This document shows, piece by piece, positions 1 to 12,287 of a stretch of DNA of 64,000 nucleotides. The stretch is from positions 188,728,001 to 188,792,000 of the forward strand of contig NC_042998.1 of the NCBI RefSeq assembly GCF_006345805.1, written 5' to 3'. The notes below the pieces were generated by a model. The model was not told the origin of the DNA. It ran no database searches and worked only from the letters and a program-made list of their open reading frames with translations. The stretch comes from Octopus sinensis (taxonomy: Eukaryota). Within the stretch, counting starts at the first letter, position 1; every line of letters starts with the position of its first letter. Position numbers and translations under genes: made by a program.

Positions 1-290
1 CACTTTATATTGATGTCCTTGAAAGTAAATTACATGGACTTCACATCAATAAGCGCAAAAACACAATTAAACTTTTACAAAACTTTAATTGGGAATAGCG
101 AATGACGGCGGAATGTTAAAAAGGAGTGAAAGCTGTGAATTGTTGCAGGGCAACATAGCTTCAGTTCGATGACTGAAATTAAGTGAAATGGTATATGGTT
201 AGTAGAATATTATAAATACCATTGTCAGTGGTATAAACGTCGAGACATCCTATTCCTTTGAATATAGAAGTTCTGATGCCTACGTTCGAA

Positions 291-367
291 CGTACATACA
301 TGCATACATGCATCCATCCATGCATCCATCCATCCATACATACATACATACATACACACACACACAT

Positions 368-398
<31 letters not shown>

Positions 399-437
399 TA
401 CATACATACATACATACATACATACACACACACACAT

Positions 438-472
<35 letters not shown>

Positions 473-473
473 T

Positions 474-510
<37 letters not shown>

Positions 511-527
511 TACATACATACATACAT

Positions 528-558
<31 letters not shown>

Positions 559-701
559 TACATACATACATACTACATACATACATACATACATACATAC
601 ATACCATACATACACACACCACACACACACACACAACATACATACATACATACACACCACACACACACACACACACACAATACATACATACATACATACA
701 T

Positions 702-775
<74 letters not shown>

Positions 776-815
776 ACATACATACATACATACATACATA
801 ACATACATACATACG
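291..815. repeat. Compound (CATA)n/(CA)n microsatellite
   Basis: Direct reading; source of the YVCM/HTYI ORFs. Confidence 0.98.
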
Positions 816-1047
816 GATGCATGTACTATATTTTTCTGTATGTATGCATGTATGTCTTGCAAACAACAAAGTGTCACTCTAGTCATTTTTGAAATAGTTT
901 TTCGGACTGCTTCTTCAGAATGCATTACTCTTTATGTAGATTATATTAATCCTTACTTCGTTAACGTATAAATTCGTCTGTGCATATAAAGATAGGAGGA
1001 TACAATGATATTATAGCACACATTTATTGCTTTTTCTATATCTTTAC

Positions 1048-1257
1048 CTGTGCAATCCTGGGGGCATATTTTTGGATTCTTCGCTTCTAATTCATCACAC
1101 TTATAATCAGGACAGGTCTCTGTGTTTGGCCTACATGTACTGTAATTTTTAGACATTGTTATTTCACCAGCATTCCATAAACATCTTCCCAACACGGATC
1201 CAACACCACAGTTTTCGTGACAATCCCTTTCATTGGTGTATTTAGAACACATCCCAT
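1048..1257 (-). CDS. RET: RET-like receptor tyrosine kinase, exon encoding the cysteine-rich domain
   Basis: Acceptor ttctcaactag|AT, donor G|gtaaag; 210 nt, phase 1-1. Translation DGMCSKYTNERDCHENCGVGSVLGRCLWNAGEITMSKNYSTCRPNTETCPDYKCDELEAKNPKICPQDCT matches the RET CRD pattern (GxCxW...NxSTCxP...TCPDxxCDxxE...ICPQDC). Confidence 0.88.
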
Positions 1258-1591
1258 CTAGTTGAGAACAAGAAGGTACAAATGTAAAACAGGTCTAATA
1301 CATGCGTAAACAATGGACAATGTAAAAAATGCAAGTTATAAACAATAATCTATGTTCTGAAATTAATGCTTAGTCCTAACTACATTGCAATATCACCACA
1401 AAACATATTGCTAACGTATCGTTATTGCTAACATGTATGTTTATTGCTAACGATATTCAGTGTTAGCAATAAACAACTCTACCAGAGGTGTTTCTGCAAA
1501 CAACATCAGGACCCCTTGACGTATTTTTCACGTTTCTATATCCACTGAAAGCGGTTAAATTTTTATCCCCTGTCGTTATTATATATATATT

Positions 1592-1819
1592 TTTTCATTG
1601 CCCACAAGGGGCTAAACATAGAGGGGACAAACAAGGACAGACGAACGGATTAAGTCGATTACATCGACCCCAGCGTGTAACTGGTACTTAATTTATCGAT
1701 CCCGAAAGGATGAAAAGTAAAGTCGACCGCGGCGGAATTTGAACTCACAACGTAACGGCAGACGAAATACGGCTACGCATTTCTCCCGACGTGCTAACGT
1801 TTCTGCCAGCTCGCCGCCT
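1592..1819 (-). mobile_element. tRNA-derived SINE, family A
   Basis: Head GGCGGCGAGCTGGCAGAAACGTTAGC...GAGTTCAAATTCC; TSD tgtcgttattatat at 1571-1584 and 1822-1835. Confidence 0.9.
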
Positions 1820-2060
1820 TATGTCGTTATTATATTGTATCCTTATATATTAAGGTAAGATGGCGAGCTAGTAGAATCATTAGCACACTGGGCGAAAACG
1901 CTTAGCGACATTTCATTCATCTTCATGCTCTGAGTTCAAATTCCACTGAACTCGACATTTCCTTTTATCCTTTCGGAGTCGATAAAATAATTACCCACAC
2001 TCAAAAATAATTTTTTTTCTCGCTTTGTGCCGAAGTTTGAAATCATTATTATGTATTATA

Positions 2061-2469
2061 GGCGCAGGAGTGGCTGTGTGGTAAGTAGCTTGCTAACCAA
2101 CCACATGGTTCCGGGTTCAGTCCCACTGCGTGGCATCTTGGGCAAGTGTCTTCTGCTATAGCTCCGAGCCGACCAATGCCTTGTGAGTGGATTTGGTAGA
2201 CGGAAAGTGAAAGAAGCCTGTCGTATATTTGTATATATATATGTGTGTGTGTATGTGTTTGTGTGTCTGTGTTTGTCACCCTAGCATTGCATGACAACCG
2301 ATGCTGGTGTGTTTACGTCCCCGTTACTTAGCGGTTCGGCAAAAGAGACCGATAGAATAAGTACTGGGCTTACAACGAATAAGTCCCGGGGTCGATTTGC
2401 TCGACTAAAAGGCGGTGCTCCAGCATGGCCGCAGTCAACTGACTGAAACAAGTAAAAGAGTAAAGAGTA
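2061..2469 (+). mobile_element. tRNA-derived CORE-like SINE, family B
   Basis: Head GGCGCAGGAGTGGCTGTGTGGTAAG...GGTTCAGTCCC, CORE-like GTGGCATCTTGGGCAAGTG, internal (TA)/(TG) tract, gtaaaaga tail. Confidence 0.9.
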
Positions 2470-2669
2470 TTAAGGTAGCAATGCTGTATTAAAACAGTGT
2501 TCTTTCAGAAATTAAGACTTGACAATACGTAAATATTTCAGTGAATATTTGTGCTATTTTTATAAATCACCTGGAAAATATTGGTAGAAATATGTACACC
2601 TGCTAAATGTTTCTAAAGTTAACAAGTTAAGGAAATGTTTGTAATTTATACAATTTAATGTTACATTAC

Positions 2670-2925
2670 CACATTTTCCTGGAAACGATGCTCCTTCTTC
2701 TAACTTTATAACAATTGTTTCAATTTTTTTCACACTTTCTTCGCCTTTTTCATAAATTTGTACATAAACAAATATGAATTTCTTATCGACGCTTTTACGA
2801 AGTTCCGTTGTGTTCTTTACGTACACAATTCCTGTCTTCTCCGTTACGTTAAAGATGGTAGTATCACGTAGCTTATACACGGGATGTTTAAATTTCATTT
2901 GAAGATCATAGGGCATTGTGTAAAT
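2670..2925 (-). CDS. RET: RET-like exon, cadherin-like domain (CLD4 region)
   Basis: Acceptor atattccag|ATT, donor G|gtaatg; 256 nt, phase 0-1, joins the CRD exon in frame (G+AT=Asp). Contains IFNVTEKTGIVYV, a cadherin FxIxxxTGxIxV-type motif. Confidence 0.82.
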
Positions 2926-3073
2926 CTGGAATATATGTTAAATAAAATAAATGAACGTACTGGATTTTAGAATCATTTTTTTTCTTTTGTATCTATCATG
3001 AAATTAAGTACAATTCACGCATACTTTATGTCAAACGGCTAATTAAATTTGAATTAATGAGTTAGCATAGTGG

Positions 3074-3451
3074 AAGCACTCCGTTGGTTACGACGATGAG
3101 GGTTCCGGTTGATCCGAATCAACGGAACAGCCTGCTCGTGAAATTAACGTGTAAGTGGCTGAGCACTCCACAGACACGTGTACCCTTAACGTAGTTCTCG
3201 GGGATATTCAGCGTGACACAGAGAGTGACAAGGCCGGCCCTTTGAAATACAGGTACAACAGAAACAGGAAGTAAGAGTGAGAGAAAGTTGTGGTGAAAGA
3301 GTACAGCAGGGATCACCACCATCCCTGCCGGAGCCTCGTGGAGCTTTAGGTGTTTTCGCTCAAAAACACTCACAACGCCCGGTCTGGGAATCGAAACCGC
3401 GATCCCATGACCGCGATTCCGCTGCCCTAACCACTGGGCCATTGCGCCTCC
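3074..3451 (-). mobile_element. tRNA-derived SINE, family C
   Basis: Head GGAGGCGCAATGGCCCAGTGGTTAGG...GGTTTCGATTCC (A/B boxes); TSD atgagttagca at 3057-3067 and 3454-3464. Confidence 0.9.
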
Positions 3452-3609
3452 ACATGAGTTAGCACAAGTATTAACATTATACCATACTTCCGCGTATATA
3501 TACATACATATAACGGGAAGCTTTATGAAAATAAACAAAAGACGAAAGCAGGTGGAATACAAACAATCAACTGTATTAGTATGGCACTCAGGAATATAAA
3601 TAAAACAAG

Positions 3610-3647
3610 TCTTTTACGTTTCGAGCCTACGCTCTTCAACAGAAAGA
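3610..3647 (-). ncRNA. Small type-I hammerhead ribozyme variant (Penelope-type), tandem copy 1
   Basis: Minus strand TCTTT-CTGTTGA-A-GAGC(GTAG)GCTC-GAA-ACGT-A-AAAGA: stem I, core CUGNNGA, stem II, GAA, palindromic stem III, GUA site. Confidence 0.65.
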
Positions 3648-3816
3648 TACACAGAAAAGAAACACAGAGAGAAACAAGGAGAGAAAAAAATGCGTGCAGA
3701 AGCTAGCGAATCAACATATATATATATAAGGAGAATTCACAAAAAACATAAGACAAAGACAGATGGTGTAGACAACAAACAGATTTATTAGTTTAACGCT
3801 CGGTAAGTGAAAAAGT

Positions 3817-3852
3817 CTTTAACGTTTCGAGCCTACGCTCTTCCGCAGAAAG
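3817..3852 (-). ncRNA. Small type-I hammerhead ribozyme variant, tandem copy 2
   Basis: Minus strand CTTT-CTGCGGA-A-GAGC(GTAG)GCTC-GAA-ACGT-T-AAAG; same architecture as copy 1, 206 nt away. Confidence 0.62.
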
Positions 3853-5977
3853 GAACATGGACAGAAAATAATGTGTAGCGGCTAGCGATCTTTCATGGCG
3901 AATGCCGGACAGAGGTTCCACAGGAGAGCTGGGAAGAAGGGGAGATAATAAAGTAGCGGTGATCCCAAAACAAAGGTGCGCATGCGTGTGTATAAGAGAG
4001 CATCTATATGCGTGTAAAAGAGGGCTGGTGATCTTGACGTGTGCGCGTGTGCATGTGTAGGTGAGTAGATGATGGTGTTGGGGCTGGGAAGTGGTCAGTG
4101 CTTGTGTGTGCATGGTGGGGTGATGTGATGTGGTGTGGTGTGGTGTTGTATGGAGGTGTGTGGTGTGCTGTGGTGTGTTAGGGATGTGGGGGGAAGCGAG
4201 GGTGGGGAAAGCAAGGGTGGGGTATAGGTTAAGCTGAGGGTGGGAGTACAGGTGGGGTATGTATGAGTGTGTAAGGGATGGGGTGGGATGGGATGGATAG
4301 GGAAGGTGGGGTTGGATTGTGTAGGGGTGGGGTTACGATGAAGGGAGAAGGGGAAGGGAGAGGTGCGTAGGAGTGAAGAGAAGTAGGAGTCGGAGGAAGT
4401 GGGTGGAAGGAAGTGGGTGTGAGAGGAAGAGCGGAGAGGGGAGGAGGGTTAGATGAAGAGAGGTGGCGCAAAGGAGCGAAGATAGAAGATTAACCCCTAT
4501 ACATATATGTATGTAGGTACGTACGTATTTATGTATGTATGTATGTATGTATGTATGTATACAGAGAGAGAAATTGTTAAAGTGAGTTAGGCGTCCATTC
4601 CCAAGAGCAAGGTGGAAAATCCTACTTCCGAGAAGTGTTTACAAATATAAAAGTTTAAAGGGAACAGAGTGGGGTAGTAAATAAGAAGTTGGAGGAAGCG
4701 GAGGGAATAGTTAGATAGACGGAGCGGTTAAGAGGAGATGCGACATGAGGATACTACTTGGTAAAAACCAGGTATAGACAAGATATAGTTAATAGCTCGC
4801 CGAAGAAATAGCGTTGCCAGTTCAAAATAGCTGGATGCCAAGATATTAGTTCACAGACAGTATTGTTGCTGTTCTTAACTACCCTATGTTGTCTGTGAAG
4901 TACTATTTTACCTCCTATTTCAATGATGTGTTGCATAATATGTTTGCATTGTTTAAATTTAGTAGTGATGTGGAGGTCAGCACTTCTACGAGTTTTAAAA
5001 GATTACCATTCCAAGAAAGCATAATTTAACATGCATACTGTAAGATTCTGATTTTTTCGCATTTCATTCTTACAGAGTACAAATACCATAAAGATGGCAC
5101 TAATGAGTTTTGGACAACACACTTGCTCAGTAATGATGGTAAATTAAGGTGAATATTCCAACAGACCTTGGAAATTAAGAGCGTATCACTCTCTGGCTGT
5201 TTCCATTTCCTAAGTTGGTGCACTCCTTGCTTTTCCATCGACTATTACCCTTTCCATAGTGATATTTAAATTTCTATCACCAATCTTCATTTGCTTCGAA
5301 ATTCGTAATGTCCATATATGCTTAATAAGATTGGCAGTGCCACTTTGAATTGGAAAACAACGAGCGCTATTGCCACGTGATAGTTGATGGATGTACCAGT
5401 TCCCCTTAACCTCATCAAAATTTGAAGTTTTTGCAAGTCATATATGCTTTAGTTAACTAAGAAATGATTTATATCCAGTTGTCCGTTGCAAAAATTTCTT
5501 CAACTTATTTACCATGAAATAACAATAGTTAACAACTGGTAGAATAAGTGATGCGACATAGAATTATGAACAAGATGTAGAAGTTGTTACATATACCAAG
5601 AACGTCCCACTACTATCTACAAGATTAGTATTTGATCGTTGTTTAAAATCTCACACCCCGACCATTCCAAATTACCAATAAGCATGTTTGACGAGATTTT
5701 GTTAATTACTCAATATTTAATCAAAGCTACTAGAAATGGCCCGACAATGAAGAAACTAGACACTTGTCAAATATATGCCTACAAAGTTTCCACATATTAC
5801 ACAATTTGATTCTGAAATTGATCGACAAGAAGAGATAGTGTTTAAAAAAAAACAGACTGTAAATATTTACTTGGATTATACTGAAGCATTTTAATTGCCA
5901 CTCACTTTATTAAATAACTGAAGAACGGTCAGCAGGAAAATTACAAATTATTCTGGTCTGAAAACTCTTATTATAAA

Positions 5978-6380
5978 CTAGCAGTATCGCCCGGCGTTGC
6001 TCGGGTTTGTAAGGGAAATAACTATATAAGCATTTTTAGAGAGTTATAGCCAAAAAATAGCAAAAAAATGCATTAAAAATGGAAAAAAAAAATGATGGTA
6101 ATTTTTTTTTAAATCGTTGACTCATCGAAGACATTTTTAGAGAGTTACTTTCCTTATATAATAGCGAAAAGATGCATTAAAATGGAAAAGAATGATGGTA
6201 AAATATCTTTAAAATCGTAGACTTATCGTAGACCCGCGCTAATACCCAGAAGGGCTCGATATGAATCATGACTATAAGATACCCGGTTTTGGTTAAACTG
6301 CACCGCAAAATGTGGGAGTAGTTAGGAATCTAAATCGTAGGAGACAGACAGACACACAACCTCACTTTTATATATAAAGA
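5978..6380 (-). mobile_element. Non-autonomous Helitron, subfamily A
   Basis: 5' TCTTTATATATAAAA, 3' hairpin CCCGAGCAACGCCGGG then CTAG, inserted between A and T without TSD; internal ~100-bp duplication. Confidence 0.85.
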
Positions 6381-6763
6381 TATGCTTGTTATTTACCTAC
6401 ACAATGAAACAGTTTCAACTGTTCAATTTTAGTATTCTAGGCACAGCAGTATGCAAGTATTAGCTACCGGCATTCAACCAAAGTATACTATACAGCACCT
6501 GTATTGAAAATATTAATTTCATAACAATTTTTGATTCTTTCTCTAGTCTTCTTAACTGACAAAGATATTCGAACGGTGGAACTGTAATTTGCTCTTCAGT
6601 AACGAGATTAATACTGAACTATTACACCTTCTTGCTTGTTGATCCTGACATTGTAGTTTGTCACTTCACAGACATTTCATTCACCAGTTTGCATGGGCCG
6701 CATTCTTCAAAGTACCAACAACATGGGAATTAGCAACCAGACAACCCGCCTTGGATGCCGAGA

Positions 6764-6810
6764 ATGGTAGATACCGATGTTTCGTCATTATTGTGGCTTA
6801 CCAATACCAT
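6764..6810 (-). ncRNA. Degenerate hammerhead ribozyme motif, U3-A8 variant
   Basis: Minus strand ATGGTA-TTGGTAA-GCC(ACAATAAT)GAC-GAA-ACATCGGTAT-C-TACCAT: perfect 6-bp stem I, near-palindromic stem III, AUC site. Confidence 0.5.
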
Positions 6811-7122
6811 GTAACTTGGATCATCTCGAAACGATGCGAGTTCGATCCGAGGTGAGCTGTCTCGTGTGGTCCGGAACATTTCGTGTTCTTTAACACTCGA
6901 CGTCGTGTAGGGAGCTTTCCTTAGAGGCTAACCTGCAGGAAATTTGGCGTATTAACAAAACACATACATCGTGTATGTACGATCGATAATGTTTACATTA
7001 CTAGAGCTGCTTTTAATTCGTAACTTAATTTTCTTTCACATGTGCTACGTCGTAGCACATCAGCAAATAGACTTCACTCTAATTGCATAGTGATTCACTT
7101 CGTTTCGAGATGATCCGAGCAC

Positions 7123-7169
7123 ATAGTATTGATAAGCCACAATAGAGGCGAAATATCGGTATCTCCCAT
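7123..7169 (+). ncRNA. Degenerate hammerhead ribozyme motif, U3-A8 variant (inverted partner of 6764-6810)
   Basis: ATAGTA-TTGATAA-GCC(ACAATAGA)GGC-GAA-ATATCGGTAT-C-TCCCAT: intact core and stem II, damaged stem I. Confidence 0.5.
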
Positions 7170-7584
7170 TGTAGGAATCCTAGGCGAGTTGTTTTGCCTG
7201 GTCTGGGACATTTGATGTTCTTTAACACTCGGCATTGTGTAAGAAGCTCTCCCTGGACGCTATCCCGCTACAAAATTGACATACAAACAAAACACGTACA
7301 CTATGTACGTGTTACCGATAATGCTCATATGTGTGTAAGGTTAGGTTAGGTTAATTGTTTGGCTCAAAAAGCAAAAAGCAAGGCCATGTATACATTCGAA
7401 CATATGAATGTGTGTATATCTATGTGCGTATATGCACACGCGCATGTGCACATGTACGGTCCATAATGTAATATATATATATATATATATATATTCTTTT
7501 ATACTCTAATATACACATCTTGTCATTCTCTAACTATCTATAAGTAAGATAAAACACTTCCAGGAGAAGAATATATATACTCAC

Positions 7585-7653
7585 CGTGCTATACTGGGAT
7601 GCATTCCTGAAAACTTCTCTGGCAATTGGCTGCGGTGTATTGAGAGTAGGAGC
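7585..7653 (-). CDS. RET: RET-like short exon (CLD3/CLD4 junction)
   Basis: Acceptor tatatttcag|GCT, donor ACG|gtgagt; 69 nt, phase 0-0; APTLNTPQPIAREVFRNASQYST, resembling the start of RET CLD4. Too short for the ORF track. Confidence 0.75.
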
Positions 7654-8728
7654 CTGAAATATATAACAAATCAAATGCTAAATGCTAGTGGCAACAAGTT
7701 CATTTAAATTGACGTTTTCTCGGCGAATATTTCTAACTTGGGCTTTAGCTCACATTTCAGTTTGTCCTCTAAAAATTTCACCTCACATCAGAAAGGACCT
7801 CCTCACATGCCTGGCAAACACTTACGTCACAGAACGCGTATTATGATGAAGAGTGACATAGGTTAGCTTCCATCACCCACTTTCGATTCTTGATTAAACT
7901 TATTTCGCCTCATCTACATTATTAATACTCTTTTGCCCCCTCGCAAGTCGAATTACTCATTGGTGTACTCTGTTGATTACGGTTGTAAAGAAAATTATCT
8001 GGTTTGCATTTGATTGAAACTGGGGATTATTTCTTTTCCACTTACTTTGTATCGAATATGGTCGAATATTCTAACCATATTCTTCAGTAAACTATTGATA
8101 CTAATTTTATCATAAATTCTAATCTTAAAATTTCTTAAACAAAATTCGCGGAATGATTTAAAATCAAATGAACGAAATTAAATTAAAAGCATTGTAATTT
8201 TTATACACTAACCTCTGAGCGCCACAAATTTTATATAAACAATTTATATACTATAAAAATAAAATAATTTAAATAGAGATAACGAGATATCTTCACAGTA
8301 TGCAATATTATAATCGATTGCAGAGTAACAAGCACGTTATTTGGCCATATGTACAATCTATGTGTGCTGCTGACTGACCTAATGAAACCGCAATTAGGCT
8401 ATATATATAATCCCTGTTTATCCTACATAACTTAACATATATGACTGTACACTATTGATTCTCAGTCTTTTTGACATTGGGACGTGCTGCAGATAAGATT
8501 AAAATTAACGGTATTTTTCACTTAGAACTATTAAAGAAAATAAACTATCTTAAAGTAAATAACTTAACAAATATAGAAAACTAACGTTTATGTTGTTTGT
8601 CATTCATAGTTGCATACATTATACGCTTATGAATAACGCGATTTTCAAACATTTGTATGGACTTTTTTAAAGCCTTGAAATTTTATTTTTAAATTCTACC
8701 TTGTATTTAGATGCTTTTGCGACATACC

Positions 8729-8961
8729 TATTTCTTTACTACCCACAAGGGGCTAAACGCAGAGGGGACAAACAAGGACAGACAAACGAATTAAGTCAAC
8801 TACATCGACCCCAGTGCGTAACTGGTACTTAACTTATCGACCCCGAAAGGATGAAAGTCAAAGTCGACCTCGGCGGAATTTGAACTCAGAACGTAGCGGC
8901 AGGCGAACTACTGCTAAGCATTACGCCCGGCGCGCTAACGTTTCTGCCAGATCGCCGCCTT
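8729..8961 (-). mobile_element. SINE family A
   Basis: Full-length copy; 17-bp TSD tgcttttgc(g/a)acatacc. Confidence 0.9.
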
Positions 8962-10441
8962 TGCTTTTGCAACATACCGTTTGAGAACTACTATTCAACA
9001 CGCTCCTAGCATAAAGTTGTATTGTACACTTTATGATTTTCAATTACATTAGCAATATATATGTTTATACATACGCATACACATGTGTGTGGGGGCTGTC
9101 ATTGTTTTCATATATCCCGAACAAAGTCGTGTTATATTATCCATTTGTTCCTTGATAATATGTCACTCGCCGTTGCTTACACATACACACCGTGACTTGT
9201 ATGTAGTAGAAATTTGGTTATTACTAAACCACTTCCCCCAATAGTCTACTCAAAAGTGACTTCTCGCGTTACATGCGTCTCGAAACGTTATCGCCAAATC
9301 CCATAAATTCGGTACATTCTTCATATAGCTTGTAGGATCTTTTCTGATACTTTACGTTTTAATCATGGAGACTTCCATCGTTATTCTAAATATCCTAACT
9401 TAGCCTGTTACATTTTTATTGAGCTCTGTGAGAAAAAAATCCTCGGCTGCAAGTTTATGGGAATTCATTATTAGTATACGTTATATATATACGTATATAC
9501 ATTAGAATACGCACACATATGCACCATGTAGACGTTTGGGTGCATTGTAAGTGGGTATTTGTGGTAGATGAATAGGGGTTTCGAATTTTGGCACAGGGCA
9601 AACTATTTCAGAGTGACGGGGCAATTCGATTGCATCGACCCAGTACTTATCTACAGTTACTTATTTTATCCACTTAGCCTGTTACATTTTTAGTGAGCTC
9701 TTTGTGAGAAACAATCCACTGCTGCAAATTCATGGAAATTTGATATACACTATTAGTACGTCTGTGTGCGTTAACTGTTCTTCTTCAGCACCAAGTAGGT
9801 CTGATCGAGTAGAGCTATGATCAAAGCCACTACGACCATTATCATCCCGTGCATTTTTGCTCACCAGATAAGATTCGTTCCAGTTCACTATATGTCCTTA
9901 AAAAAGAACCGAGTTTGCATATTGAGAGAGATTTGGTTGTTATTTCCTAGAGGGGAAGTTACAAGGTGGAGATTACGTATTTATTATCAGTAAGTATAAT
10001 AACGAAAACAAAAATTATATTCCTGTACAAAGTATTTCACTACAAATAATTAAGCCGCAGCATTATATATATATTCATACATATATATATGAATACATGC
10101 ATGTATTCATGTATGCGTACATACACTTAAACGAATACTTCTACACTCTCATATTCATTCATCTGTTTGCGTACGTTCATAAATCTAATGCGGTACTGTT
10201 GAATTTATGTCGGCGAGATTAAAGACATTAGACAGAATATCGACATTATAAATCTCTTTGGAATTGTTGTGAATCGATAAATCAACTTCTGCTAACTAGA
10301 AAAAATGTTAAAGGGGACAAAAAGAAAATTCGGTTCATACAGGATATGCATCCAACTGAATTTGACACGTGTGAAGTAATTGGAGAAGTTATGTGCACAC
10401 AGATATATACATATATTTTGCAGATACAGACACACAAAGAC

Positions 10442-10487
<46 letters not shown>

Positions 10488-10530
10488 TATATATATATAT
10501 ATATCGTGTTTATTTTTCATGTAAACTATG

Positions 10531-10571
<41 letters not shown>

Positions 10572-10692
10572 GCATACATACACATATATACACACACACA
10601 TATGTATATACATTAAGATACGCCCTCATGTACACAGAAATATACATAAATGCACACATACACACGCACACACATAAACGCACACATATAGA

Positions 10693-10960
10693 TACAGGGT
10701 GCGATGGGCAAATTGTCGACACTTTATATTTTTAATTTCGCGCATGTGCATTCTTTGTGTTTGATTTTGTCGACTACACAGTATAGTAGGGTCAGTTGGG
10801 CATCGTCTGTGAGAAAAACAGCACCATGATGCAATTCATTCTGTCAGAAATTTGGAAACGACATGCTGTACTGCTTGGCATTCGCACCAGAAGCTCAAAT
10901 ACGAACATTGCAGAGTGTTTGGGTGTAAATCTGGGAAACAGTGAAATATGAGGACTTGTA
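10693..10960 (+). mobile_element. Tc1/mariner-like 5' fragment
   Basis: Begins TA-CAGGGTG (Tc1-type TIR start), followed by decayed transposase-like N-terminal sequence. Confidence 0.4.
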
Positions 10961-11084
10961 CCGAGAGTGATAAAAATCAAACATCCAGTCGACATCATAG
11001 AGATCTGTTGGATCTAGAGTAGAAATTATCTCTTTCTCTATTGGTAAGAAATCTTGAAATAAAACGGAACAATGACATGCATAC

Positions 11085-11092
11085 ATACATAT

Positions 11093-11123
<31 letters not shown>

Positions 11124-11293
11124 TACATACATACATACATACATACATACATACATACATACATACATACATACACACACGCATACATACATATGCATTC
11201 GCAGTCTTACGCACACTCACCCACATGTATACGTAAACGCATATATATATATATATATATATACATATATAAATAAATATATATATAATATAT

Positions 11294-11357
<64 letters not shown>

Positions 11358-11456
11358 CATATATATGTATACACACACACACATATATATATATATAATA
11401 TATATATTATATAATATATATATATTATATATATATATATATACATACATATATAT

Positions 11457-11530
<74 letters not shown>
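11085..11530. repeat. Compound (CATA)n/(TA)n microsatellite immediately downstream of the 11605 donor
   Basis: Direct reading. Confidence 0.97.
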
Positions 11531-11533
<3 letters not shown>

Positions 11534-11604
11534 GTTCATGTATTTCAATAAGCAAACATGGCTGAAGATTTCATAGCTGAAATAAGTATTCATCAACGAC
11601 TCAC

Positions 11605-11870
11605 CTTTTCAACAGGAAGATGTGCATGACGTGGAAACCTGGTCATTTTTTTCTCTGGATAAATTGTTGGTGAGAAAACTGTCAGAAAAACTGATTTTTC
11701 ATATGAAAGACTTTCATATGATCCATTTACAGATTGTCTTGAAACGGTACACCTAATCGTGAAATTAAATTTTTTGGCATTCTCTAAGGCAGCAATATTA
11801 TTTAAGGCCATCTCAGAAGTTGTGTTGTCTATAGTTAATATTTCAGAGGCAGTCTTCTGGTCGGCTTTCC
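11605..11870 (-). CDS. RET: RET-like exon, cadherin-like domain (CLD3 region)
   Basis: Acceptor ttatttgttttag|GG, donor AAG|gtgagt; 266 nt, phase 1-0. Contains ILTIDNTTSEMAL and FNFTIRC, with several N-glycosylation sequons. In frame with the 7653 exon. Confidence 0.78.
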
Positions 11871-12163
11871 CTAAAACAAATAAGAAACACACATTATAGG
11901 TGATTATCACATACTTTATTCAAAAGTTTCTCTTCCTGTCCATTTTAATCTTTTCTTTAAAACGGTCCTGCTGAATCTACAATTTTAAAGCATATTGTAG
12001 ATTTGACCCAAAACTTTATGAATACCGGAGATGTACTTGCATAGCAAGTGATTTGATCTGAGATCGTGTGCTGGAACGAAAACAATTGCAGCGTGGAAGG
12101 TGTTTGTAAGCCATTTAAGAAACACACAAAAGCCGTTCGATTTACTTCAACATTTAAGTTTAA

Positions 12164-12214
12164 TTTGTCAAAATATTTTCGTCGCTATAAGACCGCGACC
12201 TGTTCACTGACAAA
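12164..12214 (-). ncRNA. Hammerhead ribozyme motif, G3-C8 variant (RET-sense copy)
   Basis: Minus strand TTTGTCA-GTGAACA-G-GTCGC(GGTCTTATA)GCGAC-GAA-AATATT-T-TGACAAA: 7-bp stem I, 5-bp stem II, palindromic stem III. Confidence 0.62.
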
Positions 12215-12236
12215 AATCAGAGATGCAGCACGGATT

Positions 12237-12287
12237 TTTGTCAGTGAACAGGTCGCGGTCTTATAGCGACGAAAATATTTTGACAAA
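12237..12287 (+). ncRNA. Hammerhead ribozyme motif, G3-C8 variant (mirror copy in the fold-back)
   Basis: Exact reverse complement of 12164-12214, in the right arm of the palindrome. Confidence 0.6.

Larger units (their letters stand above)
3480..5020 (-). mobile_element. Decayed Penelope-like element region with tandem pseudo-LTR units
   Basis: Two diverged ~200-bp units, each ending in a hammerhead motif, followed by a purine-rich tract and decayed coding-like sequence; boundaries approximate. Confidence 0.45.
6740..7330. mobile_element. Rearranged Penelope-like terminal repeats (inverted plus direct copies)
   Basis: 6740-6835 is the reverse complement of ~7100-7200; ~6855-7000 is a diverged direct repeat of ~7185-7330; both inverted copies carry a hammerhead motif. 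Confidence 0.5.

Noticed and set aside
3074-3451. tRNA-like heads as possible tRNA genes
   Set aside because: Multi-copy, fused to non-tRNA bodies and flanked by TSDs, so they are SINEs.
9250-9295. GAAACGTT and CTGA-like motifs (also near 47600, 57195, 58515, 59625)
   Set aside because: No complete core plus stem II plus stem I combination.
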